28,805 nucleotides of DNA from Candidatus Methanodesulfokora washburnensis (GTDB lineage: Archaea; Korarchaeota; Korarchaeia; Korarchaeales; Korarchaeaceae): assembly GCF_003947435.1 (NCBI RefSeq), contig NZ_RCOS01000173.1, positions 1-28,805 on the forward strand, given 5' to 3'. How positions within the stretch are numbered: the stretch's first letter is position 1; every line of letters starts with the position of its first letter. Positions 7,615-16,140 of this stretch are shown here, piece by piece. Below the pieces are notes generated by a model, which was not told the DNA's origin, searched no databases, and saw only the letters and a list, made by a program, of their open reading frames with translations. The position numbers and the translations under genes were made by a program.

Positions 7615-7929
7615 ATGGAGATGACAAGCGTGGTGATGTCGGCAATACTCGAGCCAAGAAGACTTGGTCTCGAGCTTCTGTGGTGGGAGCTTGGAAGGGG
7701 AGAGGCAAGAGCTCTGTATCGCATGGAAGTTGAGCTCTCTAGATATGGAGTGAGAAGGATATCCAGCATTATAAAGAGGATTATAGCGGAGAAAATGCCC
7801 TACTCCTCCGTAAAGGTTGTAGCTAAGAGCGAGAAAGGGGCTACATACATTGACATAAGGATAAGGGTTAGAAAAAGAAGAATAGAGCCAGAGGGTTTCT
7901 CTGATGTCCTAGTTTACTCGCTTCTCTGA
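7615..7929 (+). CDS. Hypothetical small basic protein (104 aa), no family recognised
   Basis: The ORF has host-like codon usage. ATTAATATT (about 7581-7589) lies about 27 nt upstream of the ATG at 7615, consistent with a leaderless transcript. The coding status is uncertain because the ORF contains an 11-bp hairpin at 7648-7674. Confidence 0.35.
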   Translation: MEMTSVVMSAILEPRRLGLELLWWELGRGEARALYRMEVELSRYGVRRISSIIKRIIAEKMPYSSVKVVAKSEKGATYIDIRIRVRKRRIEPEGFSDVLVYSLL

Positions 7930-8047
7930 TCTTCTTTTAAGCAGGACATCTTTATTAGAGTTTTGCCAGAAAACTCACACCATTTATGGGTGAGATTAAT
8001 GCAAAAAGCTTAAAAATCGAGAAGCCCAGTCATTTTGGGATGTTCCC

Positions 8048-9307
8048 GTGCAGAAGGATGCCCAGGTATGCGTGGTTGGGAAAGTTTTCAAGCCAAATAG
8101 ATTAAAGGTTTTGGCCTTAAACAGAACTTTTAACGAGTATTTCAGGCTCGTGAAATGGTATCTCAGCTTTAACTCCAAATCCAAGAGTTTTCTGCACGAG
8201 AACTGTTATGAAAAGGCCAAAGAGCTCTTCAACCTGAACACTGCTTTAATCCAAACCGCAAGGGACAAGGCCGTTGAAATCTTGAAAAGCTTCGAGAAAG
8301 TCAAGGAAAAGAACAGCATTTTGAGACCTAAGAGAATATCCATGCGCTTTGATAGAAGATGCTACCGCTTTTCTAAGACAACAAATGTTCTGACGCCATA
8401 CTGGCTGACGCTGAGCTTAAACAGGAGGGAAAGAGTCAGTTTGCCGGTAGCCTTTGGGGAGAAACAGAAACAGAGGATAGAGGAAGCCCTCAGAGGCGGG
8501 TGGGAATTTACAACAGTTGAAATGGTCAAGCGTGATGGACAATGGTATGCCCATTTCATCCTAAAGAAATCCGTTGAAGTCCCAGATGAGCCTGAAACCG
8601 TGATAACAATAGATAGAGGCGAACACAATTTGGCTGTTGCAGTAGCAATATCGAAAAGCAATCCTAACAAGCCCATAAAGGGACGGTTCTGGAGAGGACA
8701 GGAAATCAAGCAGATAAGAGGACTATACGGTCATATCAGAAGGAAACTTCAGGAAAAGAGCAGGGTTGGAAAGGTTAAGGAGCTTAAAGGAAAAGAGAGA
8801 AGAAAGGTCGATCAACAGCTACACATTATAGCCAATCAGATAATCGCTTATGCTAAACAGTTCCCGAAACCGGTAATCGTGATGGAGAATCTAAATGGAA
8901 TCCGTCAAAACTTCAAGAAGTCTAAAAAGCTTAACAAAAGGTTCCACTCTTTACCCTTCAGGAAGCTCCAAATCTACATTGAACACAAGGCTCTTCTCGA
9001 GGGAATAGAAGTCAGATACTTGACGAAAAAAGAGACTAGAAACACTTCTAAAACATGCCACAGATGCGGGCATGTTGCCCAAGTTAAAGGAAGGATGTTT
9101 AAATGTCCAAAGTGTGGAATGGAATACGATAGGGATTTAAACGCCTGTATAAATATAGCCCATGGGGTAATGAGCTCTATGGGATGGGGGAGCTGTGAGC
9201 CCCCCGAACCAGCAGATGAGGGGATAGGCGCAAAGCCTACTCCGAACGCTGGAAGCCCACAGGCTTCAACTGTGGGTAGCTCACTAGAGTTGTTCCCTCC
9301 TTCTTAA
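8048..9307 (+). CDS. tnpB: TnpB (IS605 OrfB family) RuvC-like RNA-guided nuclease
   Basis: RuvC-I is VITIDRGEHNLAVA, RuvC-II is PVIVMENLNGI, the zinc finger is CHRCGH...CPKCG and RuvC-III is YDRDLNACINIA. The length is 419 aa with a GTG start. A GCTTAAAAATC box lies about 30-40 nt upstream. Confidence 0.85.
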   Translation: MQKDAQVCVVGKVFKPNRLKVLALNRTFNEYFRLVKWYLSFNSKSKSFLHENCYEKAKELFNLNTALIQTARDKAVEILKSFEKVKEKNSILRPKRISMRFDRRCYRFSKTTNVLTPYWLTLSLNRRERVSLPVAFGEKQKQRIEEALRGGWEFTTVEMVKRDGQWYAHFILKKSVEVPDEPETVITIDRGEHNLAVAVAISKSNPNKPIKGRFWRGQEIKQIRGLYGHIRRKLQEKSRVGKVKELKGKERRKVDQQLHIIANQIIAYAKQFPKPVIVMENLNGIRQNFKKSKKLNKRFHSLPFRKLQIYIEHKALLEGIEVRYLTKKETRNTSKTCHRCGHVAQVKGRMFKCPKCGMEYDRDLNACINIAHGVMSSMGWGSCEPPEPADEGIGAKPTPNAGSPQASTVGSSLELFPPS

Positions 9308-9310
9308 AGC
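9180..9310 (+). ncRNA. Candidate omega RNA (sotRNA) scaffold overlapping the tnpB 3' end
   Basis: Four consecutive short hairpins: G5/C5 (9186-9204), TAGGC-GCAAA-GCCTA (9225-9239), GAAGCC-CACA-GGCTTC (9252-9267) and GTGGG-TAG-CTCAC (9272-9284). The position matches where TnpB guide-RNA scaffolds are encoded in characterised elements. Confidence 0.35.
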
Positions 9311-10031
9311 CCACTGTCTTCTCCCTCATTATCACTCCCTTCAGGAACTGTATCGCTTTTGCAGGATCAACTCCCTTCGGACAGACATTGCTACAGGAAG
9401 CTGCAAAGTGGCATCTCCAGCATCCATGATCGCTGTCCACAACCGAAAGCCTTAGCTTGGCTCCTTCATCTCTGTTGTCCATTATGAACCTATATGCTTT
9501 GTTTAGTGCTTGAGGACCAAGATAAAGCGGATCCGTAGCTGTGGTAGGGCATGCTGCATAACAGCAACCACACTCTATGCAGTCAGCAAATTCCAAATAC
9601 TTGAGAAGTTCCTCCTCTGTCTGTTTATATGCCCCAGTTGGGTTCATCATTTCCTCGGCATCGCTTCTTATTATAAACGGATATATGCTCCTCTCCTTCT
9701 TGAAGAAATCTGAGAAATCTACTACGAGATCCTTTATTATCCTGAAGTTTTTTAGAGGAGCAACCTCCACCATATCCGTTCCCAAGGATAGAACTCTTGT
9801 ATAGCAGGCGAGTCTTGGCTTTCCATTTATCATCATGCCACAGGAGCCACATATAGACTGCCTGCAGGAGTATCTTACAGCTAAAGTTGGATCCTCCTCC
9901 TTTATCCTGAGAAGAGCATCCAGCACCGTCGTTCCTCTGTCCACCTTTACCTTAAATCCATCCCAGTGGGGGAATTTGTCGACCTTTGGGTTGTACCTGA
10001 ACACCTTGAACAGAATCCATCTCTCCTCCAT
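9237..10031 (-). CDS. sdhB: Succinate dehydrogenase/fumarate reductase iron-sulfur subunit
   Basis: CRQSICGSCG (2Fe-2S), CIECGCCYAACP (4Fe-4S) and CWRCHFAASCSNVCPKGVDP (third cluster). The last 23 codons overlap tnpB on the opposite strand. Confidence 0.85.
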   Translation of the reverse strand: MEERWILFKVFRYNPKVDKFPHWDGFKVKVDRGTTVLDALLRIKEEDPTLAVRYSCRQSICGSCGMMINGKPRLACYTRVLSLGTDMVEVAPLKNFRIIKDLVVDFSDFFKKERSIYPFIIRSDAEEMMNPTGAYKQTEEELLKYLEFADCIECGCCYAACPTTATDPLYLGPQALNKAYRFIMDNRDEGAKLRLSVVDSDHGCWRCHFAASCSNVCPKGVDPAKAIQFLKGVIMREKTVGFKKEGTTLVSYPQLKPVGFQRSE

Positions 10032-10035
10032 CGCA

Positions 10036-10332
10036 TCACCTCACCAATGCTATCACTAAATTAGCTATATATAAGTAAATTATTATTCCCAGCACTAGTA
10101 TGATGTAGGATATTGCCCTTGACCTTTTCGGCATAAGCTCTATTAGGATCACCCTTACACCGTTCATCGCATGATACATAAGGGCGGAGACAAATATCAG
10201 CATGTTTACCAGGTATAGAGGACCATGAATCTCCATGCCCGGGATGTTGTTCTTCATGAGATGTATTGATCCTGTCACAAGAAGGACGACGGCTGCTGCA
10301 TAATGTAGCATCATCAAGCTGGACTCCCTCAT
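10036..10332 (-). CDS. Succinate dehydrogenase membrane anchor subunit (SdhD-like)
   Basis: A 98-aa protein with three hydrophobic helices and conserved-looking His residues. It lies between sdhC-like and sdhB, with a 4-nt overlap with the upstream gene. Confidence 0.55.
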   Translation of the reverse strand: MRESSLMMLHYAAAVVLLVTGSIHLMKNNIPGMEIHGPLYLVNMLIFVSALMYHAMNGVRVILIELMPKRSRAISYIILVLGIIIYLYIANLVIALVR

Positions 10333-10736
10333 GTTATCACCCTCATGTTCAGCATCAGGTAGTAGAACATCACCAAGAAGATTATGAAGAATATGAGCAG
10401 AATCACGACAGTGAACTTCTTCTGAGTCCCGTATATTACCCCCATTTTATAAGGATAAACTGGCCTGTAAGTCTTTCCTAAGAGAAATCCAAGCTCTGTG
10501 ATGAGAAGCCTCACTCCATTTGCCGCATGGAAGGAGAGAATAAGCAGCAGTATTGTGTACTCCCATCCATACATGAAGGGAAACAGCCTTGGAAATGCGT
10601 TCTGTATCGTGTGTATCACAATCCAGATCACCAGCCCTATTCCACTTATCCTGTGCATTGTGTAGAGAAATCTCTCAAGCGAGTAGTTTCTGAAGTCAAA
10701 CCACTTAAAAACTCCTCCTCTGTTCTCCTCCTTCAT
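10329..10736 (-). CDS. Succinate dehydrogenase cytochrome b/membrane anchor subunit (SdhC-like)
   Basis: A 135-aa hydrophobic protein (HRISGIGLVIWIVIHT...SFHAANGVRLLI) located immediately after sdhA. Confidence 0.55.
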   Translation of the reverse strand: MKEENRGGVFKWFDFRNYSLERFLYTMHRISGIGLVIWIVIHTIQNAFPRLFPFMYGWEYTILLLILSFHAANGVRLLITELGFLLGKTYRPVYPYKMGVIYGTQKKFTVVILLIFFIIFLVMFYYLMLNMRVIT

Positions 10737-10745
10737 GTTATCACC

Positions 10746-12452
10746 TCAATATTTCCTCTCAGCAGGCTTCCACTTCGTTATCCTGACGGGAATATAATCC
10801 AGCATGGGAAGGCCCTCCTTCGTCCTGTATATTATCGTGTGCTTCAGCCAGTTCACGTCATCCCTGTTGGGATAGTCAAGTCTGTAATGGGCCCCTCTGC
10901 TCTCTGTCCTAGCTAATGCAGCTGTCAGAACAACTTCAGCCATCTCAAGCATGAAATCAAGTTCCAAAACGTGTATCAAATTCTGGTTGTACTCCTTGCT
11001 CTTATCAGCGACTCTTCCTGTTCCAAAAAGTTTTCTTAACTCCCTTATTCTGTTAAGCCCCTCTTTAAGTCCATCTCCGTGCCTGAAGACATAGGCATAT
11101 TTGCCCATTGTGTTCTGCATCTCCCTTCTTATTAAATATGGATCCTCACCAGTTCCTCCCCTCAGTATCCCATCAAATACTCTTTTCTCCTCCATCTCAG
11201 CTTTTTCCTTGGGTATATCCCTCTCAGGCCTTCCAGCTGCATATTCAGCTGCGTTCTTTCCTGTTATATACCCGAATACTAGGCAATCTATTGATGAGTT
11301 TGTGCCGAGCCTGTTTGCCCCATGGACACTGGAGCAATTGCACTCCCCTGCCGCCCAAAGACCCTTTATCTTTGTCGCTCCATTCATATCCACCTGTATG
11401 CCTCCCATCAGGTAATGAGCCACGGGTCTCACGGGCACCATTTCCTCAGCTGGATTTATTCCCAGCAGATTCATGCAGAGCATCTTTATCTCAGTCAACT
11501 TCTCGCTTATCTTCTCATCTCCCAGATGGGTCAAATCCAGATGAACATAGTCCAGCCCGTTTGGACCCTCAAACCCTCTTCCCTCCATTATTTCTCTCAT
11601 CATAGCCCTGGAAACTACGTCCCTTGGTGCCAATTCCATTTTTTGGGGAGCATATTTTGCCATAAACCTCTCCCCTTTGTTGTTTCTCAGATATCCTCCC
11701 TCCCCCCTGGCTGCCTCAGATATGAGAATTCCAGAGGGAACGAGGCCTGTTGGATGGAACTGGATGAACTCCATGTCCTCTATAGGAGCACCTGCTCTAT
11801 AAGCCATTGCAATTCCATCAGCAGTGGCTGAATGACCATATGTTGTGAAGTTATACAGCCTTCCAATACCTCCTGTCGCCATTATTCCAGCTTTGGCCTC
11901 AAATGCGTACATCTCCCCGCTCTTCATCTCTATAGCAGTTGCCCCTCTGAACTCATTGTCCTCCACCAGCAGGGATGTGGCAAACCATTCGTGATATATT
12001 TTTATGTTATCATACTTTAATGTTGTATTATAGAGAGTTTGCATTGCATAAAAACCTGTTTTGTCCGATGCATAACATGCCCTATCAAAGCTATGCCCCC
12101 CGAATGGCCTCTGGTCTATCCTTCCATCTTTTTTCCTACTCCATGGCATCCCCCAGTGCTCAAGTCTGAGTATCTCCTGTGGAGCAAGCCTGACGAACAT
12201 CTCAACTACATCTTGATCTGCGAGATAATCGGAGCCTTTAACTGTGTCAAATGCATGAAGGTCGAAGCTATCACCTTCCTCCGGATATAGCACTGCTGCA
12301 GTTCCTCCCGCATATGCAACAGAGTGGGACCTCATCGCATGAACCTTTGTCAGGATGGATACCTCAACACCCCTGCTTGCAGCCTCTATGGCAGCCCTCA
12401 ATCCGGCAAGGCCGGAGCCTATTATCAGGACATCTGTCCTCAGTACCTCCAA
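10746..12452 (-). CDS. sdhA: Succinate dehydrogenase/fumarate reductase flavoprotein subunit
   Basis: DVLIIGSGLAGLRAA (FAD dinucleotide fold), HSVAYAGG (FAD-histidine region), HPTG, ESRGAHYR and GLWAAGE. The start codon is TTG (track start). Confidence 0.9.
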   Translation of the reverse strand: MEVLRTDVLIIGSGLAGLRAAIEAASRGVEVSILTKVHAMRSHSVAYAGGTAAVLYPEEGDSFDLHAFDTVKGSDYLADQDVVEMFVRLAPQEILRLEHWGMPWSRKKDGRIDQRPFGGHSFDRACYASDKTGFYAMQTLYNTTLKYDNIKIYHEWFATSLLVEDNEFRGATAIEMKSGEMYAFEAKAGIMATGGIGRLYNFTTYGHSATADGIAMAYRAGAPIEDMEFIQFHPTGLVPSGILISEAARGEGGYLRNNKGERFMAKYAPQKMELAPRDVVSRAMMREIMEGRGFEGPNGLDYVHLDLTHLGDEKISEKLTEIKMLCMNLLGINPAEEMVPVRPVAHYLMGGIQVDMNGATKIKGLWAAGECNCSSVHGANRLGTNSSIDCLVFGYITGKNAAEYAAGRPERDIPKEKAEMEEKRVFDGILRGGTGEDPYLIRREMQNTMGKYAYVFRHGDGLKEGLNRIRELRKLFGTGRVADKSKEYNQNLIHVLELDFMLEMAEVVLTAALARTESRGAHYRLDYPNRDDVNWLKHTIIYRTKEGLPMLDYIPVRITKWKPAERKY

Positions 12453-12640
12453 GCAGAACCCCTAAAAGTTTTTTGAGGATAGAATAAAAAAGTTATTCTG
12501 AAATGACTGGGATTTTTATTCTAATATATCAACCTCTTGATCATCTATGATGGAAGTTAGATAATAAAGTAGGGCTATTCAGAAATATTTTTATCAGATT
12601 AAAAAGCATTCCTCCTGAGCAGTAAAGGATGAAATCCTAG

Positions 12641-13540
12641 TTACTCCCTCTTATACGGCTTTCCTAAAGCTGCTGGTGCCCTTGCCTTTGCTACAAATCC
12701 AGCAGCAACGATAACAGTGGCTACATAGGGAATTGACCATATAACTTGATCGGGAACTATCCCGCTCGGTATTGAGAGAGAGACAGCAAAGAGGAAGCCG
12801 AAAAGAAAACCGCTTAGCACAGCAATTATGGGGTTCCATCTCGAGAAGACGACCATTGCCAGAGCTATAAAACCTCTACCAGCGCTTATATCCCTTGTGT
12901 AAGAGGCAAGCCAATCAAGTCCCAGAAAAACCCCTCCAAGAGAGGCCAGAACTGATCCTGTCACGGTTGCAAGAAACCTAACCCTGAAGACATTTATCCC
13001 AGCTGAATCTGCAGCTCTTGGATTTTCTCCCACTGCCTTAAGTCTAAGGCCCACGGATGTCCTCTCTATTATGTACCATGCTGCTATTCCAACTGCTATT
13101 GTAAATGGGACAAACGGGCTGAAGCCATAAAGTTTTGGTATCTGAGCTCCTTTTGGTATTATCGGACTGTTTGCAAAAGTCCCCCATGTTAGATACAGGG
13201 TTATAACCCCTATACCATATGCAAAGAGGTTCAGGCCCACCCCAACTACTACTTGATCCCCTGCTAGATATATGCTTATCACAGCATGCAGTATCCCTAC
13301 AGCTATTCCAGCCAATATACCTGCTGAAAGGGCCAGATATAAGTTGCCAGTGAAGTATCCTACATAAACTGATGAGAGAGCCCCCAGCATTATTATGCCC
13401 TCAAGTCCTATGTTCACAACTCCAGACCTCTCTGTTATTATCTCCCCTATTGCAGCAAGAGTTATGGGAACCATCAACCTCAGTGCTCCCAAGTAGAATG
13501 ATGGCTCAGTGAATATAGAGAGTATACCGAGATCCATCAT
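12641..13540 (-). CDS. ABC transporter permease (BMP/nucleoside-sugar family, second permease)
   Basis: A polytopic membrane protein that overlaps the upstream permease gene by 4 nt. Confidence 0.8.
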   Translation of the reverse strand: MMDLGILSIFTEPSFYLGALRLMVPITLAAIGEIITERSGVVNIGLEGIIMLGALSSVYVGYFTGNLYLALSAGILAGIAVGILHAVISIYLAGDQVVVGVGLNLFAYGIGVITLYLTWGTFANSPIIPKGAQIPKLYGFSPFVPFTIAVGIAAWYIIERTSVGLRLKAVGENPRAADSAGINVFRVRFLATVTGSVLASLGGVFLGLDWLASYTRDISAGRGFIALAMVVFSRWNPIIAVLSGFLFGFLFAVSLSIPSGIVPDQVIWSIPYVATVIVAAGFVAKARAPAALGKPYKRE

Positions 13541-14577
13541 CTCATCCTCCTTCTTATCATGTCAATTATGCTGGGAAGTGCTACAAACACTATTATCACT
13601 CCTTGAACCGCAAGACCAAGCTCAAGAGGCACACCGGTTCTTCCTCCTACAGAGGTGTACCTCTGGACAGCTTGCACACCAGTTTTCAACATGGCAAAGA
13701 GTATGCTAGCTGGTATTATGGCTATCGGATGGTTTCTTCCTATCAGCGCAACAGCAATGCCGTCAAATCCATATCCCTTTATATATGTGAGCTCTGTGTC
13801 CATGCAATGAAATCTTCCCATCACCTCAAATGCCCCTGCAAGAGCGGCTACTCCTCCGCTTATGAACATAGACATTATCATGCTTCTTCTTACATTTATC
13901 CCTCCATAGCTTGCTGCTGTTGGGTTAAGACCCACAGCTCTTATCTCATATCCAAATGGAGTTTTCCAGAGAAGGACATAAACTAAAAAGGATACTAGCA
14001 AAGCCAGAAAGAGAGAAAAGGATAGATCTGTTCCTGGCATGACAAAAGGAAGCACAGCAGTGGCCTCTATATCCTTTGTTTTATATGCTCTCATTGGATC
14101 ATAAAATTGATATGTAAACAAATAGTTTGATAGATAAAGAGATAAGTAATTTAGCATTATGGTTGAGACGACTTCGTTAACGCCTCTGGAGACCTTAAGC
14201 CAGCCTGCAAGCCCTCCCAGAAGTCCACCTAGAATAAAAGCAACTATTATTATCAACAGCTGATGAGCCAAATTTGGCATTGCCAGAAAAGCCCCTATAG
14301 AAACAGCAGCAAGTGCTCCTAAATAGGACTGACCCTCAGCACCGACATTGAAGAGGGATGCTCTAGCAGCTATTGCAAATGAGAGACCTGTAAGCATAAG
14401 AGGAGCAGCATAGCTCAGCGTTGTCATCAGGTAATATAGGTTCCCAAAGGCTCCTATGAGCAGTCCTTGGTAGAATAGAATGGGATCGAAGCCAGCAAGC
14501 CATATTATAATTCCGCCAACAAAAAAACCTGCTATAAGTGAGAGAAAAGAGTCTGCTATCTGTTTCCAGTACTTCAT
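13537..14577 (-). CDS. ABC transporter permease (BMP/nucleoside-sugar family, first permease)
   Basis: A polytopic membrane protein that overlaps the ATPase gene by 4 nt. Confidence 0.8.
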   Translation of the reverse strand: MKYWKQIADSFLSLIAGFFVGGIIIWLAGFDPILFYQGLLIGAFGNLYYLMTTLSYAAPLMLTGLSFAIAARASLFNVGAEGQSYLGALAAVSIGAFLAMPNLAHQLLIIIVAFILGGLLGGLAGWLKVSRGVNEVVSTIMLNYLSLYLSNYLFTYQFYDPMRAYKTKDIEATAVLPFVMPGTDLSFSLFLALLVSFLVYVLLWKTPFGYEIRAVGLNPTAASYGGINVRRSMIMSMFISGGVAALAGAFEVMGRFHCMDTELTYIKGYGFDGIAVALIGRNHPIAIIPASILFAMLKTGVQAVQRYTSVGGRTGVPLELGLAVQGVIIVFVALPSIIDMIRRRMR

Positions 14578-16109
14578 GAGATCCCTCCTATTGAAATTCC
14601 TCCCATCATCATCCCCACTTGTTCCTCGCTCACTCTCTCAGGATCCACTATGCCGGTAAATCTGCCCTCATACATAACAGCCATCCTATCTGAGAGGCCC
14701 ATCACCTCATCTAGATCAGCTGAGACAAGCAGTATTGCCCTTCCCTCATCCCTCATTCTGAGCAGGAGATCCCTTATGTACTCGGTTGCTGCCACATCAA
14801 GGCCTCTAGTTGGTTGAGATGCTACTATAACTCTCGGGCTCTTGCTAAGCTCTCTCCCCACTATTAGCTTCTGCTGATTTCCTCCGCTTAAACTCCTAGC
14901 TGGGGTCTTAAGGGACATAGTTTCGACATTGAAGTCCTTAACTATTTTATCCGTCCACTTGAATATCTCTCTTCCGTTCATGAGCCCGATTGAGTTGAGG
15001 AACTTTCTGCTCCTGTGAACTCCAACTATTGCATTTTCCTCGACGCTGAAGTCCAGTATTATGCCCCACTTGTGTCTATCCTCCGGTATATGTCCAAGTC
15101 CGAGAGAATAAAGCTTCATTGGATTCATTCCTGTTACATCAACCCCACAGAGAATTATGGATCCTCTGTCAACTTTTCTAAGGCCACATATTGCCTCAAC
15201 GAGCTCGCTTTGCCCATTTCCCTCTACACCAGCTATTCCAAATATCTCTCCAGATCTGACAGAGAAGCTTAGACCTCTGACAGCTTCTCTTCCCCTATCA
15301 TCCCTGACCCAGAGATCCCTCACTATAAGCACCTCCTCTCCTAGAGAGGGAGGTTTCTTCTCTATTTTCATCTTGATATCCCTTCCTACCATCATCCTAG
15401 CAAGTTCAGGTATTTCTACATCTTTTACATCCCTCACTCCAACTACTTCTCCCCTCCTCAGCACTGTGACCCTATCAGCAATTGCCTTCACCTCCTTTAA
15501 CTTATGAGTGATGAATATTATCGTCTTTCCGCTATCCCTCATCTTCCTCAGAAATGAAAAAAGCTCTTTGACCTCTATTGGTGTTAGGACGGCAGTGGGC
15601 TCATCTAATATGAGGATCTCAGCCTTCTTATAGAGCATCTTTAGTATTTCAATTCTTTGTTGTATTCCGACAGGCAGATTCTCTACCGCTGTATCCAGAT
15701 CCACCTTGAGGCCGGTCTCCTCCATTAGCATCTCTATCTCCTTTCTCGCACTTTTTCTATCAACAGTTAAAGGGCCTGATAGAGGCTCTTTTCCCAGTAT
15801 TATGTTGTCCAGCGCTGAGAAGGTCGGTATAAGCATGAAATGCTGGTGAACCATCCCTATTCCATTCTCCATCGCCTCTTTAGGGCTTTTTATCTCCACT
15901 TTTTCTCCTCTTAGGTATATCTCCCCCGATGTCGGAGGAATGAGACCATACAGTATGTTCATCAGGGTCGTCTTTCCAGCCCCATTCTCTCCTAGGAGCC
16001 CGTGTATCTCCCCTCTATTTACTGAGAAATCCACACCTCTGAGCGCAATAGTCCCATCTGGGTATATCTTTCGGATCCCTTTCATCAAAATTATCTGCTC
16101 TGAGCTCAA
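14574..16109 (-). CDS. ABC transporter ATP-binding protein with duplicated ATPase domains
   Basis: Two Walker A sites (GENGAGKTT and GVEGNGQSEL), an LSGGNQQK signature and ILILDEPT. The start codon is TTG, preceded by GGAGGG. Confidence 0.85.
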   Translation of the reverse strand: MSSEQIILMKGIRKIYPDGTIALRGVDFSVNRGEIHGLLGENGAGKTTLMNILYGLIPPTSGEIYLRGEKVEIKSPKEAMENGIGMVHQHFMLIPTFSALDNIILGKEPLSGPLTVDRKSARKEIEMLMEETGLKVDLDTAVENLPVGIQQRIEILKMLYKKAEILILDEPTAVLTPIEVKELFSFLRKMRDSGKTIIFITHKLKEVKAIADRVTVLRRGEVVGVRDVKDVEIPELARMMVGRDIKMKIEKKPPSLGEEVLIVRDLWVRDDRGREAVRGLSFSVRSGEIFGIAGVEGNGQSELVEAICGLRKVDRGSIILCGVDVTGMNPMKLYSLGLGHIPEDRHKWGIILDFSVEENAIVGVHRSRKFLNSIGLMNGREIFKWTDKIVKDFNVETMSLKTPARSLSGGNQQKLIVGRELSKSPRVIVASQPTRGLDVAATEYIRDLLLRMRDEGRAILLVSADLDEVMGLSDRMAVMYEGRFTGIVDPERVSEEQVGMMMGGISIGGIS

Positions 16110-16140
16110 AATAGACCCTCCAAAAAAGAAAAGGAGGGGG

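Larger units (their letters stand above)
7930..9310 (+). mobile_element. IS200/IS605-family element of the IS1341 type (tnpB only, no tnpA); ends not precisely defined
   Basis: Contains an intact tnpB with no adjacent HUH/Y1 transposase ORF. There is an imperfect subterminal hairpin at the left side (CTCAC...GTGAG, 7974-7994). Similar motifs occur near both presumed borders: CTTCTTTTAAGC (7931-7942) and CTTCTTAAAGC (9300-9310). Confidence 0.45.

Noticed and set aside
11101-12487. A series of long plus-strand ORFs (104-169 aa) antisense to sdhA
   Set aside because: They lie entirely inside the strongly supported sdhA reading frame. Their products are low-complexity and Ser/Pro/Leu-rich with no recognisable motifs. 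This is the typical shadow-ORF pattern opposite a purine-rich coding strand.
12481-12522. 10-bp inverted repeat AGAATAAAAA/TTTTTATTCT upstream of sdhA
   Set aside because: It is pure A/T sequence in a promoter spacer. Such repeats are expected by chance there, so it is noted but not treated as a specific site.
12546-12619. C-box-like ATGATGG and a downstream CTGA in the sdhA/ABC spacer
   Set aside because: The C box is imperfect, the spacing is about 65 nt, and the segment is very A/T-rich with no terminal stem. It looks like promoter/terminator spacer, not an sRNA.
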